Source: Candidatus Eiseniibacteriota bacterium
GTDB taxonomy: Bacteria; Eisenbacteria; RBG-16-71-46
Length of the DNA stretch: 64,000 nucleotides
Direction of reading: 5' to 3'
Assembly: GCA_044223005.1 (NCBI GenBank)
Contig: JBGAML010000006.1
Location: 96,001 to 160,000, forward strand
Shown here: positions 19,079 through 29,262 of the stretch, one piece after another
How the letters are laid out: each line of letters opens with the position of its first letter
How positions within the stretch are numbered: position 1 is the first letter of the stretch
Translations under genes and position numbers: made by a program
Notes under the pieces: model-generated
The model's input: the letters and a program-made list of their open reading frames with translations, nothing else
The model's database searches: none
Told to the model about the DNA's origin: nothing

Positions 19079-19323
19079 GCAAGTACTCCGTTGGCGGGGA
19101 ATTCGGCGTGGCGTTGCCGTGGCGGAAGGGTCCGGCTGCACTCTAGCGCATCGCGCGCGCACCCGAAGGCCGCGTCGGGGCTCTCGACGTGCGCCCGTGT
19201 TGACGATATAGATTCCACGGCTTCGAGTCCCCGGCGATCCTGCGCCGTCCCCCCCGGCGGAGCCGTTTGCACGCGTCCGGCCCCGTGCGGGGCCCCGATG
19301 GTGAGCGGACGGAGGATCGATCG

Positions 19324-20520
19324 ATGGCGACCCGAGCGGGGGTGGGCAGGAGCGCGAGCCGGCGCTCGCGGATGGCGGCGAGGGCCGCGACGGAACGCGC
19401 GTGCGCATCCCTGGGCGGAGTGCGCCCCGACCTGTGCCTCGTCTTCGCGGGCGACGCGCACGACCACCCCGAGGTCCTCGCCGGCGTCGCGGAGGCCGCG
19501 CCCGGGGCTGCGATCAGCGGCTGTTCCGCCGAGGGAGTCATCGGCGAGGGCGTCTCCGACGAGAGCGAGGCCTGCCTGTCCGTGATGGCCGTGCAGTCGG
19601 ACACGCTGCGCTTCGAGACCTTCCTGGTGAAGAGCTTCGCCGAGGATCCCACGCGCTCCGGGCGGGAACTGGCCGCGGCCGTGACGGCGGGGGGCATGGA
19701 CGACGCGCTCGGGCTGATCGTGCTGCCCGACGGACTCGCGGGCGACAGCGGCCGGATGCTGGCCGAGCTGGAAGCCGGGCTGCCGCGGCCGCTCGTCATC
19801 ACCGGTGGCACCGCGGGGGACGCGCTGCTTTTCCAACGGGCGTTCCAGTTCGGCGGCGACGAAGTCGCACGCGGCGCGATCGCCGCCGTGCTGGTGCGCG
19901 GCCGCGGCCACATCGAGACGGCGGTGAGTCACGGCTGCGAGGCCGTCGGACTGGAGCGCAGGGTCACGGACGCCGAGGGCGGCTGGGTGCGGCGCATCGA
20001 CGGCGAACCGGCGTGGAGCGTGTTCCGCGCGTACCTCGACGGCGAGCCCGAGGACCTCAACACCGAGGGGGCGATCTACCTTTCGATCGGTGTGCCGTTC
20101 CCGGGGATCGATCGCGGCGAGTACGAGCCCTACCTGATCCGCACTCCGGTCGGGCTCGACAAGCCGACCGGCGCCCTGTTCTTCCCGGCGGGAGGATTCC
20201 GCGCGGGGGACACGGTGCGCATCATGCGTCGCGATCCGGACATGGTCTGCCGCAGTGCGCAGGCGTGCGCGCGGCGGATCGCCACGCGGTCGGGAAACCG
20301 GCCGCCTGCGTTCGTGCTCCAGTTCGACTGCGCCGGCCGCGGGCGCCAGCTGTTCGGCTCGCGCGCGTCCGAGAACATCGTCCACCCGCTGCAGTCCGAG
20401 CTCCCCGGCGAGACGCCGTGGATGGGTTTCCACACGTACGGCGAGATCGCGCCCGTGGCCGGGCGCACCCGCTTCCACAACCTGACGACCGCGCTGGTGG
20501 CCGTCTACGACGAGCCGTGA
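19324..20520 (+). CDS. FIST N/C domain sensory protein (NosP-like)
   Basis: ISGCSAEG, ITGGTAGD, VSHGC, RRIDGEPA, FDCAGR, GFHTYGEI, FHNLT. Confidence 0.9.
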   Translation: MATRAGVGRSASRRSRMAARAATERACASLGGVRPDLCLVFAGDAHDHPEVLAGVAEAAPGAAISGCSAEGVIGEGVSDESEACLSVMAVQSDTLRFETFLVKSFAEDPTRSGRELAAAVTAGGMDDALGLIVLPDGLAGDSGRMLAELEAGLPRPLVITGGTAGDALLFQRAFQFGGDEVARGAIAAVLVRGRGHIETAVSHGCEAVGLERRVTDAEGGWVRRIDGEPAWSVFRAYLDGEPEDLNTEGAIYLSIGVPFPGIDRGEYEPYLIRTPVGLDKPTGALFFPAGGFRAGDTVRIMRRDPDMVCRSAQACARRIATRSGNRPPAFVLQFDCAGRGRQLFGSRASENIVHPLQSELPGETPWMGFHTYGEIAPVAGRTRFHNLTTALVAVYDEP

Positions 20521-22415
20521 GCGAACCCACCGGGCACGACGCGACCGCCGGCGAACTGGAGCGGCTGCGACGCGAGAACGAGGCGCTGAACGGCCAGGTC
20601 CGGCTCCTCGTGCTCACGGAGCAACGGCTCTACCGTTCGCAGAACGAGCTCGACGCACAGCTCGAGCTGGTGCGTGCGCTCGCGAGCTTCGCGCTCGAAT
20701 CGTCGGCGTCGGAGGAGCCCGAGGAGACGATCGTCCGCGCGCTCGAACTGGTCGGGCAGTGCTTCTCGCTCGACTGGGCCGGGTACGTGCACGTCGGGCC
20801 GGGGCCGAACGAGGCGACGGTGCTGCGCTCGCTGGACGAAGCGGGCGCGACGGCGCGGTCGTTCCCGCTCGCGATGGCCGACACGGCGTGGCTCGGCACG
20901 CGCGCCAACGCGGAGCTGCAGCGCTGGTCGGCCGCGTCGCCGCCCGCGGGCTGGCGCGTGATCGCCGCGGCGTTGCCGGCGCTCGTGCCGGACGGGGGCT
21001 CGTCGACGCCCGCCGAGATCGCCTGCGTACCGCTGCGGGGCTCGGGCGCGTTTCCACCGGGCATGCTGATGCTGGTCAGCCTGCGGCCGCGGCCCTTCTA
21101 CCTGCAGTCGGGCCCGGTGGCCGAGCGGCACCTGCCGTACCTCCAGCTGATCGCGCACCACGTCGACCACGCGCTCGCCAACTCGCACCTCACGCGCTCA
21201 CTGCGCGATCGCAGCGCCGAGCTCGTGAACAGCCTCGAGCGGCTCGAGCGCGCGCAGCAGGAACTCGTGCAGGTGCAGAAGATGGAGGCGATCGGCCGCC
21301 TCGCCGGCGGCGTCGCCCACGACTTCAACAACTTGCTCACCGTGATCCTCGGCTACGCCTCCGCGCTCACCACGTCGCTGCCCGAGGGCTCACCGGGGCA
21401 CCAGAACGTCACCAAGGTCGTCGAGGCCGCCCAGCGCGCCGCCAACCTGACTCGCCAGCTGCTGGCGATGGGCCGCCGCCAGGTGCAGCGCCGCGAGGTG
21501 TTCTCGCTCGCGGAGCAGTGCGAGCGTACGGTCGAGCTGCTGCGCCGCCTCGTCGGCGAGCACATCCGGATCGAGCTCGACCTCGACCGCGCGCTGCCCG
21601 CCGTGCACGCGGACCGCACCCAGGTGGAACAGGTGCTGCTCAACCTGATCGTCAACGCGCGCGACGCCATGCCCGAGGGCGGGCAGCTGCGGATCGCCGC
21701 ACGCGCGGCGACCGACGACGACGCCCGCCGGTGCGACGAGCCGATCAGTCCCGAGCGCTTCGCGGTGCTCGTGGTCGAGGACAGCGGTGTCGGCATGGAC
21801 GCCGCGACGCGCGAGCGAATCTTCGAGCCGTTCTTCAGCACCAAGCCCACGAGCCGCGGTTCGGGGCTCGGGCTCGCCGTGGTCTACGGCATCGTGAAGC
21901 AGAGCGAGGGGCACATCCTCGTCGACAGCGAGCCCGGGCATGGCGCCGCGTTCCGCGTGCTGCTGCCGCTGGGCGAAGTGCGCGCGAACGAGGCCCCCGT
22001 GGCGCGCACCGTGGCCCGCCCGGGCGCCGACGCGCCCGGGGCAACCGTGCTCGTGGTCGAGGACGAACTCTCGATCCGCGAGGTGATCCGCGCGGCCCTG
22101 CGCCGTTCGGGCTATCGCGTGATCGAGGCGACCGACGGCGAGGACGCGCTCGCCCGCTGCGGCGAGAGCGCTCCCGACCTGGTGCTGACGGACGTGCTGA
22201 TGCCGCGCATGGGCGGCCCGGCGCTGGCTGCGGCGCTGCGGCGCCGCTTTCCGAAGCTGCGCGTGGCCTACATGTCGGGTTACGCCGCCGACTTCAAGGA
22301 CGGCGTCTCGGGCGGCGACCACGGCGACGACTTCCTCGCCAAGCCGTTCACGCCGGACGACCTGCGCGCGTTCGTCGCGCGCCAGATCGACCGTCCGGCA
22401 CACGACGGCGCCTGA
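20517..22415 (+). CDS. Hybrid sensor histidine kinase/response regulator
   Basis: [13 protein letters not shown]-box, [31 protein letters not shown]; receiver VLVVEDE...LTDVLMP...LAKPF; GTGA overlap with the FIST gene. Confidence 0.95.
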   Translation: MSEPTGHDATAGELERLRRENEALNGQVRLLVLTEQRLYRSQNELDAQLELVRALASFALESSASEEPEETIVRALELVGQCFSLDWAGYVHVGPGPNEATVLRSLDEAGATARSFPLAMADTAWLGTRANAELQRWSAASPPAGWRVIAAALPALVPDGGSSTPAEIACVPLRGSGAFPPGMLMLVSLRPRPFYLQSGPVAERHLPYLQLIAHHVDHALANSHLTRSLRDRSAELVNSLERLERAQQELVQVQKMEAIGRLAGGVAHDFNNLLTVILGYASALTTSLPEGSPGHQNVTKVVEAAQRAANLTRQLLAMGRRQVQRREVFSLAEQCERTVELLRRLVGEHIRIELDLDRALPAVHADRTQVEQVLLNLIVNARDAMPEGGQLRIAARAATDDDARRCDEPISPERFAVLVVEDSGVGMDAATRERIFEPFFSTKPTSRGSGLGLAVVYGIVKQSEGHILVDSEPGHGAAFRVLLPLGEVRANEAPVARTVARPGADAPGATVLVVEDELSIREVIRAALRRSGYRVIEATDGEDALARCGESAPDLVLTDVLMPRMGGPALAAALRRRFPKLRVAYMSGYAADFKDGVSGGDHGDDFLAKPFTPDDLRAFVARQIDRPAHDGA

Positions 22416-22418
22416 GCG

Positions 22419-23708
22419 TCAGTCGCCGAGCACGCCGTCGGCGCGGCGGCCTTTCGCTTCCTCGCTGAGCTTCGGCGGCTCCGACGTCTCCGGGGCACCG
22501 CGGAATGCGAACCAGAACGTCGCCGCTCCGGTCGCGTAGAGCACGGCGGTGATGTAGAACGGCATCGCGTACCCGAAGCGCTCGATCACGGTCCCGGCGA
22601 ACATGGCGCTCACGGCCCAACCGATGTTCCAGACCAGGTTGGTCGTGCTCGTCGCCCGCGCGCGCAGCGCCTGCGGCATGCTCTCCATGACGAAGGTCTG
22701 GAGCAGGGGCGAGGCGGCCTGCATGAAGGTGGCCCGCAGCCAGAACGACACCACCGCGACCGGCAGGTGCCGTTCGGCCCCGAGCGTGACGAGGAACGGC
22801 AGCGAGAGCAGTTCGGACGCGATCGCCGTGCGCAGCTTGCCGTAGCGACGCGCGATCGCCGGCCCGAGCAGCGCGGCCGCCGCGGTGAAGACCTGGGCGA
22901 TGGAGAAGTAGGTCCCGATGCGTGCGCTCGAGCAGTCGAAGCGGTCCTTGAAGTAGAGGTTCATGAACGGGATCACGAGTCCCGCGCCCGTGCCCAGCAG
23001 GAAGGCGTTGAGCGCGATCGGCAGCAGCTTCCGCCGGTCGTCGGCGGTCACCGGCTCGGCTCCGTGCGCGAGCGGCCGTTCGTCGAGCCGGCCCATCGCG
23101 AGCAGCGGCACGACGCAGCCCACGGCGAGTGCGGCCCCGGCGATCAGCGACAGGCGGTAGGCGGTGAAGAGGCTCGTCGCCGGGCGCAGCACCTGCACCA
23201 CGTGCGGCAGTGCGCCGCCCGCGGCGCTGCCGATCACGCCGGCGACCAGGGCCGATGCGAAGAACGTGCTGAAGAGGTGCGTCCGCTCGCGCGGGGTCGA
23301 ATGCTCGGTGATGAACGGGGCGGCGGCGATCTGGAAGAGCGCCTGCCCGACACCGATCGCGACGCCCATGGCGAGGATCGTCCCCGCGTGAGTCGTGCTC
23401 GCGCGCAGGGCGTGGCCGAGCCCCTCGAGCACCGCGCCCACGAGGATGCAATTGCGCCGGCTCCATCGCTCCGCCAGCACGCCGGCGGGGAGCGCGGCGA
23501 CCGCAAGCCCGATCGCGTTCATGCCGATCGCGCGCCCGACGAAGCGCTCCGGGAAACCCGCCTCCACGAGGTACAGATTGAACAGCACGCCGAACACGCC
23601 GTGCGCCGTCCAGACGAGGAACTCGCTGAGCAGGTAGAAGCGCGCCGGTCGCGAGAAGTGCCGCGCGGCGTCACGGAAGTCGGTCCAGGCGGAAAGCAGT
23701 GGGGACAT
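22419..23708 (-). CDS. MFS transporter
   Basis: About 12 hydrophobic segments; GVLAERWSRR motif A-like; ERTHLFS; FMNLYF. Confidence 0.9.
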   Translation of the reverse strand: MSPLLSAWTDFRDAARHFSRPARFYLLSEFLVWTAHGVFGVLFNLYLVEAGFPERFVGRAIGMNAIGLAVAALPAGVLAERWSRRNCILVGAVLEGLGHALRASTTHAGTILAMGVAIGVGQALFQIAAAPFITEHSTPRERTHLFSTFFASALVAGVIGSAAGGALPHVVQVLRPATSLFTAYRLSLIAGAALAVGCVVPLLAMGRLDERPLAHGAEPVTADDRRKLLPIALNAFLLGTGAGLVIPFMNLYFKDRFDCSSARIGTYFSIAQVFTAAAALLGPAIARRYGKLRTAIASELLSLPFLVTLGAERHLPVAVVSFWLRATFMQAASPLLQTFVMESMPQALRARATSTTNLVWNIGWAVSAMFAGTVIERFGYAMPFYITAVLYATGAATFWFAFRGAPETSEPPKLSEEAKGRRADGVLGD

Positions 23709-23718
23709 GAGCTCCGGG

Positions 23719-23756
23719 AAAAAAAGAGCGACGGCGGCTCGGGGAGCCGCCGTCGC
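23719..23756 (-). terminator. Intrinsic terminator after the XRE-cupin gene
   Basis: 13-bp stem GCGACGGCGGCTC-GGG-GAGCCGCCGTCGC followed on the minus strand by TCTTTTTTT. Confidence 0.8.
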
Positions 23757-23782
23757 GAGTGAAGCGAACGTTCAGGCGGCCG

Positions 23783-24394
23783 TCATGGCAACGAATCGTA
23801 GGCGATGTCGGAATCGATCGTGTGCAGTGCGGCGCCCTGCACGCGGAACATCGGTTCGAACGCGGCGGGCGTCATCGCGATCAGGATCTTCGCCGTGCCC
23901 GTGCCGGCGTTCTGCATCGCGTGCGGCACGCGCCCGTCGTAGTGGCACGAGTCGCCCGCGTCCAGCAGGATCACATGCTCGCCGCAGGTGAGGCTCACGC
24001 GGCCCTCCACGCAGAGCACGATCTCCTCGCCGTGGTGGTAGTGGCGCTTGTCACCGGCCGTCATGCCCGCGGGCAGCTCGGCCATGATGAGTTCGAGGTT
24101 GCGCTTGGGCTGGGCCGAGATCACCTCGACGTGCGAAGTGGTGCCGCCGACCTGCAGGCGCGGGCGCTCGCCGGCGCGCACGACGTGGGGCACCTGTTCT
24201 TCCTCGACGACGAGGTAGGCGACCGACGTTTCGAGCGAACGGGCGAGATCCTGGAGCGTGGCCAGCGACGGCGACGTCCGGCTGTTCTCGACCTGGCTGA
24301 TGAATCCCTTCGAGAGCCCGGTGGCTTCGGCCAATTGCTGGACGGTCATGCCGCGGCGCAGCCGAAGGTCGCGAATCTTCTTCCCCAGTTGCAT
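23783..24394 (-). CDS. XRE-family HTH regulator with cupin domain
   Basis: LGKKIRDLR...QQLAEATGLSKGFISQVENSRTSPSLATL; cupin HHGEE...GDSCHYDGRVPH; GGAGG RBS. Confidence 0.92.
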   Translation of the reverse strand: MQLGKKIRDLRLRRGMTVQQLAEATGLSKGFISQVENSRTSPSLATLQDLARSLETSVAYLVVEEEQVPHVVRAGERPRLQVGGTTSHVEVISAQPKRNLELIMAELPAGMTAGDKRHYHHGEEIVLCVEGRVSLTCGEHVILLDAGDSCHYDGRVPHAMQNAGTGTAKILIAMTPAAFEPMFRVQGAALHTIDSDIAYDSLP

Positions 24395-24429
24395 GGCACC
24401 TCCGGTCAGGGATGCGGGAAGGCTCACAC

Positions 24430-24472
24430 TGAAGTTGTTCACAACTCTAAAACAAGCTTCAGGCCCAGTCAA
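24430..24472 (-). promoter_or_regulatory. sigma70-like promoter with overlapping palindrome (likely autoregulatory operator)
   Basis: Minus strand TTGACT-N17-TAGAGT (24472-24444); palindrome AGTTG-TTCA-CAACT (24433-24446). Confidence 0.6.
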
Positions 24473-24487
24473 CGACCCTGACGAAGT

Positions 24488-26317
24488 TCAGTGTGGCGAA
24501 CCGTTTCCGGAGGGTTCCGGGGCCTCGGGGCCGCGGCCAGCGAGGAACTGGAGCTGGTAGAGCCGGGTGTAGAGCCCGCCCAGGGCGAGCAGCTCGGCGT
24601 GGGTGCCGGACTCGCGGACGCGGCCGTGGTGCAGCACGACGATCCGGTCCACGTCCTGGATCGTCGACAGCCGGTGCGCGATCACGAGGCTCGTGCGGCC
24701 GTGCATGAGGCGCTGGAGCGCCTGCTGGATGAGCCGCTCGGTGTGCGTGTCGACGCTCGAGGTGGCTTCGTCGAGCACCAGCAGCTCGGGATCGCGGGCG
24801 AGGGCGCGCGCGAACGAGAGCAGCTGCTTCTGGCCCGACGACAGCGTGGCGCCGCGCTCGCGCAGCGGCGCGTCCCAGCCGCCGGGAAGCCGCTCGACGA
24901 ACGCGTCCGCGGCCACGTCGCGGGCGGCACGCCGCAGGGCGTCGTCCGTGAGCCCGGGATCGCCGAGGCGCAGGTTCTCGAGCACGCTGCCGCTGAAGAG
25001 GAACACGTCCTGCAGCACGAGCCCGATCCGCCGCCGCAGCGCCTCGGCGTCCCATTCGGCGAGCGGGCGGCCGTCGACGCGGATCTCGCCGCGCTGCGGC
25101 GCATAGAAGCGCAGCAGCAGGCTCGTGATGGTCGTCTTGCCCGAGCCGGTCGCGCCGACCAGCGCGAGGCGCTCGCCGGGCTCGATCGTGAACGACACGT
25201 CCTGCAGCACGAAGTGCTGGCCGTCGTAGGCGAACCACACGTGGTCGAACTCGATGCGTGCCCCGCGCGTGCCGGCGGGCCGCGCGTCCGCCGGCGCGGG
25301 CCGGTCGAACGACACCGAGGCGGCGTCCGCGGGCGTGTCGAGCAGCGCGAAGATGCGCTCGGAGGACGCCATGGCCTGCTGCAGGATGCCGTACTTCTCG
25401 GACAGGTCGGAGATGGGGCGGAAGAAGCGCTGCGTGTACTGGATGAACGCGACCAGGGTGCCGAGCGTGATGCCGGTCCACATGACCTGGCGGCCGCCGT
25501 ACCAGATGATCAGCGCCAGCGCGATCGCCGAGACGAGTTCGAGCAGCGGGAAGAAGATCGCGTGGTAGGTGTTGGCGAGCAGGTTCGCGTCGCGGTGGTC
25601 GGCGTTGATGCCGCGGAACTGCGCGGCGTTGCGCGCTTCGCGGTTCAGCAGCTGTACCGTGCTCATGCCCGACAGGTTCTCGTTGAGGAACGCGTTCAGT
25701 CGCGCGAGCCGCGTGCGCACCTCGCGGAACACGCGCCGCACCTTCACGCGGAACGTGAGCGTGACCACGAAGATGAGGGGCAGCACCGAGAACGTGACCG
25801 CGAGGAGCTCGACGTTGAGTCGCGCCATCATGATCACGATGCCGATCAGCATCGACAAGTCGCCGAACAGCGCGTCGACCCCCGACGTGAAGAGCTCGTT
25901 CAGCACGTCGACGTCGTTGGTCACCCGCGTCATCAGCCGGCCGATCGGGTTGGCGTCGAAGAACGACGCCGGCAGCCGCTGCAGGTGGCGGAACATCGCG
26001 GTACGCAGGTCGCGCATCACGTTCTGGCCCACGGACTGCATGACCTGCGTCTGCAGGTAGCCGAGCACGAACGCGGCCAGCAGCGCGGCGAGGTAGACGA
26101 GCGCGATGCGGTCGAGCGTGTAGGTGTCGCGGTGGCGGATGCCGTAGTCGATCGCGACCTTGGTGAGCCACGGGAAAAGCAGCTGCACCGCGGCCTCGGC
26201 GAGCGTGACCACGACGGCCAGCGCCACCTGCGCCTTGTAGGGCGCGAGGTAGGCGGTGAGCCGCCGCATGAGCCGGTGGTCGTACGCCCGGCCGGTCTCT
26301 TCGTCCGTCTCGCTCAC
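24488..26317 (-). CDS. ABC exporter, fused permease/ATPase (MdlB/YheH-like)
   Basis: GATGSGKT, LSSGQKQ, LDEATSSVD, IAHRLST; GTGA overlap with the partner gene. Confidence 0.95.
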   Translation of the reverse strand: MSETDEETGRAYDHRLMRRLTAYLAPYKAQVALAVVVTLAEAAVQLLFPWLTKVAIDYGIRHRDTYTLDRIALVYLAALLAAFVLGYLQTQVMQSVGQNVMRDLRTAMFRHLQRLPASFFDANPIGRLMTRVTNDVDVLNELFTSGVDALFGDLSMLIGIVIMMARLNVELLAVTFSVLPLIFVVTLTFRVKVRRVFREVRTRLARLNAFLNENLSGMSTVQLLNREARNAAQFRGINADHRDANLLANTYHAIFFPLLELVSAIALALIIWYGGRQVMWTGITLGTLVAFIQYTQRFFRPISDLSEKYGILQQAMASSERIFALLDTPADAASVSFDRPAPADARPAGTRGARIEFDHVWFAYDGQHFVLQDVSFTIEPGERLALVGATGSGKTTITSLLLRFYAPQRGEIRVDGRPLAEWDAEALRRRIGLVLQDVFLFSGSVLENLRLGDPGLTDDALRRAARDVAADAFVERLPGGWDAPLRERGATLSSGQKQLLSFARALARDPELLVLDEATSSVDTHTERLIQQALQRLMHGRTSLVIAHRLSTIQDVDRIVVLHHGRVRESGTHAELLALGGLYTRLYQLQFLAGRGPEAPEPSGNGSPH

Positions 26318-28122
26318 GAGGCCTCGAGCTCCTCTTCGAGCTGCTGCGCGCGGTGAAGCGCTGCGTAGCGGCCGCCCAGCGCCAGCAGGTCGTCGTGCCG
26401 GCCGCGCTCGACGATCGCGCCATCCTCGAACACCAGGATCTCGTCCGCGTCGCGCACCGTGGAGACGCGGTGCGCGACGATCAGCGTCGTGCGCCGGCGC
26501 ATCTCGCCGCGCAGGCCGGCGAGGATCGCCTCCTCGGTCTGCGTGTCCACGCTCGACAGGCAGTCGTCGAGCAGCAGCACGGGCGTGGGCCGCAGCACCG
26601 CGCGGGCGATCGCCGTGCGCTGCTTCTGGCCGCCCGAGAGCGTGATGCCGCGCTCGCCCACGCGGGTCGCGAAGCCGTCGGGGAAGCCGTCGACGTCGCC
26701 TTCGAGGTGCGCGACGCGGGCGGCGGCGCGGATCGCGACAGGGTCCTCGGCGGGCACGCCGTACGCGACGTTCTCGGCGATGGTCGCGGAGAAGAGGAAC
26801 GGCTCCTGCGGTACCACGGCGAGCTGTGCGCGCAGCCAGTCGAGGTCGAGGTCGCGCACGTCCCTGCCGTCGAGCAGCACGGTGCCCGGCGGCGGGTCGA
26901 ACAGGCGCGGCAGCATGGCGAGCACGGTGCTCTTGCCGGAGCCGGTGCGCCCGACCAGGGCCACGGTGGACCCCGCGGGCACGCGGAACGAGACGTCGCG
27001 GAGCGCCGGGGTGGTGGCGCCGGGGTAGGTGAACGAGAGGTTCCGGAACTCGAGCGTGCCCGGCGTCGCGTCGGGCCGCACCGCACCGGGCGCGCTCGCG
27101 ATCGACGGCACCTCGTCGAGGATCCGGGTGATGCGGCCGAACGAGGCCATGCCGCGCTGGAAGAGGTTGATCACCCAACCGAGCGCGACCATCGGCCAGT
27201 TGAGCATGCCGAGGTAGACCGTGAACGCCACGAACTGGCCGAGCGTGATGTGCCCGTGCACGGCCTCGCGGCCGCCGACCCAGAGCGCGAGCAGCGCCCC
27301 GGCGCCGGAGAACAGCGTGAGCGTGGGGATGAAGAAGCCGGAGGTGCGGATGAGCCCGAGGTTCTCGGCGCGGAAGGCCTCGTTCTCCTCCTCGAACTGC
27401 AGCGACTGGCTGCGCTCGGCGGCGAACGCACGCACCACGCGCATGCCGCCCAGGTTCTCCTGCACGTGCGCCGAGATCTTCGCGAACCGCTCCTGCACGC
27501 CTTCGAAGAGCGAGTGCACGCGCTTGCCGAAGTACCACACCGACAGCGAGACCAGCGGCAGCGGCAGCAGCGAGTAGAGCGTGAGCCGCGGGCTGATGCC
27601 GAGCATGAACACCACCGACACGATCCCCACGGTGACCGTGTTGACGGTGTACATGAGCCCGGGCCCGAGCATCATGCGCACGGCGGACATGTCGTTGGTC
27701 GCGATCGACATGATCTCGCCCGTCCGGTGGTCCTGGTACCACGGCACCGGCAGCGTCTCGAGGTGCACGAAGAGCTGGTTGCGCAGGTCGTATTCCATGC
27801 GCCGGGAGATCGCGATCACGAGCTCGCGCATGGCGTACTTGAAGAGCCCCGAGGCCACCGCGATCGCGAAGATCGAGAGCGCGTAGCGGCCGAGCTTCTC
27901 GGCGGTGACGCCGCGGTAGAGGTCGTCGACCGAGTGCTGCAGGACCTGCGGCTGGATCAGCGCGATGACGTTGGCCGACGCGACGCACAGGGCGCCGAGC
28001 AGGAGGCCGGTGCGGTAGGGGCGCGCGAGGCGCAGCAGCCGGTGCAGGGGGGGTGTGATGCGTTCACCTCGTGCGGAGGCCGCGGTTCCGGACGGAACCG
28101 CGGCCTCCGCGCGCGCGCTCAC
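26314..28122 (-). CDS. ABC exporter, fused permease/ATPase (MdlA/YheI-like; degenerate Walker B LLDDCLS)
   Basis: GRTGSGKS, LSGGQKQR, LLDDCLSSVD, VAHRVST; exact start uncertain. Confidence 0.93.
   Translation of the reverse strand: MSARAEAAVPSGTAASARGERITPPLHRLLRLARPYRTGLLLGALCVASANVIALIQPQVLQHSVDDLYRGVTAEKLGRYALSIFAIAVASGLFKYAMRELVIAISRRMEYDLRNQLFVHLETLPVPWYQDHRTGEIMSIATNDMSAVRMMLGPGLMYTVNTVTVGIVSVVFMLGISPRLTLYSLLPLPLVSLSVWYFGKRVHSLFEGVQERFAKISAHVQENLGGMRVVRAFAAERSQSLQFEEENEAFRAENLGLIRTSGFFIPTLTLFSGAGALLALWVGGREAVHGHITLGQFVAFTVYLGMLNWPMVALGWVINLFQRGMASFGRITRILDEVPSIASAPGAVRPDATPGTLEFRNLSFTYPGATTPALRDVSFRVPAGSTVALVGRTGSGKSTVLAMLPRLFDPPPGTVLLDGRDVRDLDLDWLRAQLAVVPQEPFLFSATIAENVAYGVPAEDPVAIRAAARVAHLEGDVDGFPDGFATRVGERGITLSGGQKQRTAIARAVLRPTPVLLLDDCLSSVDTQTEEAILAGLRGEMRRRTTLIVAHRVSTVRDADEILVFEDGAIVERGRHDDLLALGGRYAALHRAQQLEEELEAS
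28073..28110. repeat. Perfect 18-bp inverted repeat
   Basis: GCGGAGGCCGCGGTTCCG-GA-CGGAACCGCGGCCTCCGC. Confidence 0.8.
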
Positions 28123-29051
28123 GGGCGCGCGTCACCGCCGATGAAGCCCTTGGACCGATCGAGCTTCGTCAGCTTCCACGCGATGCCGGCGTAGTACTGG
28201 TCGACGTGCGGCGCGTTGCGGCCGGAGGGCGTGTGCCAGGAGCCGGCGTACACGTCGAGACCGCCGTCCACGCGGTACGTCACGCGCGGCCCGGCGACGT
28301 GCTGCTCGATGTCGTAGCGGCGGCCGGTCTGCATCGGCAGGTCGGCGCCGTAGAGCCCCGCGAGCTGCAGGCGGCCGACCCAGAACGCGAGCGCGGCGTG
28401 CGCGGTCGCGTGATCGGACCAGTCCTGGCTCGCCGCGTTGGCGGTGGTGTCGTCCACCGACGCGCGCGCGCCGACGGCGCGGTAGTCGTAGCGGTAGCCG
28501 CCGCCGACCGACCAGAACCCGCCCTTGCCGAGCTTGCCGCCGAGTTCGAGACCGGCCGACAGCTTCTGGCGGCCGTCGCCGACCGCGGGCGAGAGTTCGT
28601 CGTTGTAGCCGAGCGGCGCCTCCCAGCGCAGCTGGAGCGCCGAGACCAGGCCCTGGGTGGTGAGCGCCCGGCGGTAGCCGAGGCCGAAGTCGCCGAGAGC
28701 GGTCATGCTGGCGGGTCCGCCCGAGGGCGTCCACGTGCTGCTGGTCACGAACGGCACCGAGAACTGCAGGCTGGTGTGCTTGTGCCAGCCCATCTCGATG
28801 TACGTGCCGACCGAGCGCTGCTCGGCCTCGCCCGTGATGAGGCTGCGCTCGCTGTTGTCGTCGAACGCGGTGGTCGTGTGGAACGACGACCCCGTGGCGC
28901 CGACGTAGTACTCGCCGGGGGCGAGCACCCACGGCCCGGCGATGGGGGCGTCGGCGAAACTGGCGAGCGGTCCGGCGAAGGCGGCACCCGCGACCACGAG
29001 GGTCGCGGTGGCGGCCGCCAGGGCCGCGGCGAAGGAACGACGCAGGTGCAT
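28119..29051 (-). CDS. Exported protein, probable outer-membrane beta-barrel
   Basis: Signal peptide ending AFA; amphipathic aromatic/Gly strands (YIEMGW, LGDFGLGYR, VGGGYRY, YYAGIAW). Confidence 0.65.
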   Translation of the reverse strand: MHLRRSFAAALAAATATLVVAGAAFAGPLASFADAPIAGPWVLAPGEYYVGATGSSFHTTTAFDDNSERSLITGEAEQRSVGTYIEMGWHKHTSLQFSVPFVTSSTWTPSGGPASMTALGDFGLGYRRALTTQGLVSALQLRWEAPLGYNDELSPAVGDGRQKLSAGLELGGKLGKGGFWSVGGGYRYDYRAVGARASVDDTTANAASQDWSDHATAHAALAFWVGRLQLAGLYGADLPMQTGRRYDIEQHVAGPRVTYRVDGGLDVYAGSWHTPSGRNAPHVDQYYAGIAWKLTKLDRSKGFIGGDARP

Positions 29052-29262
29052 CCGGCCTCCCTGACGATGACGGCGATGATCCCGGTGACGGTCGCGCGAG
29101 AGTATCCGCAGGGCCCTCCGGCGCGCAAGACGCGCACGGGCCGCGCCGGGCGGGCTCGCCCTGCGAGCCGCGTCGCGTTCGCGGGCCGGCGCGGGCGCCC
29201 GCGGCCGGCCCGGCGCGGCCCGTCGCGTTGCGCGCGGGCGGCGCTGTGGCACCATGCGCCGC

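Noticed and set aside
24488..27988. Apparent 1166-aa ORF and other long N-terminal extensions (nuoG 46340, ligase 15310, kinase 19401) as gene fusions
   Set aside because: The extensions are off-frame read-throughs of upstream genes; real starts are supported by stop/start overlaps or promoter position
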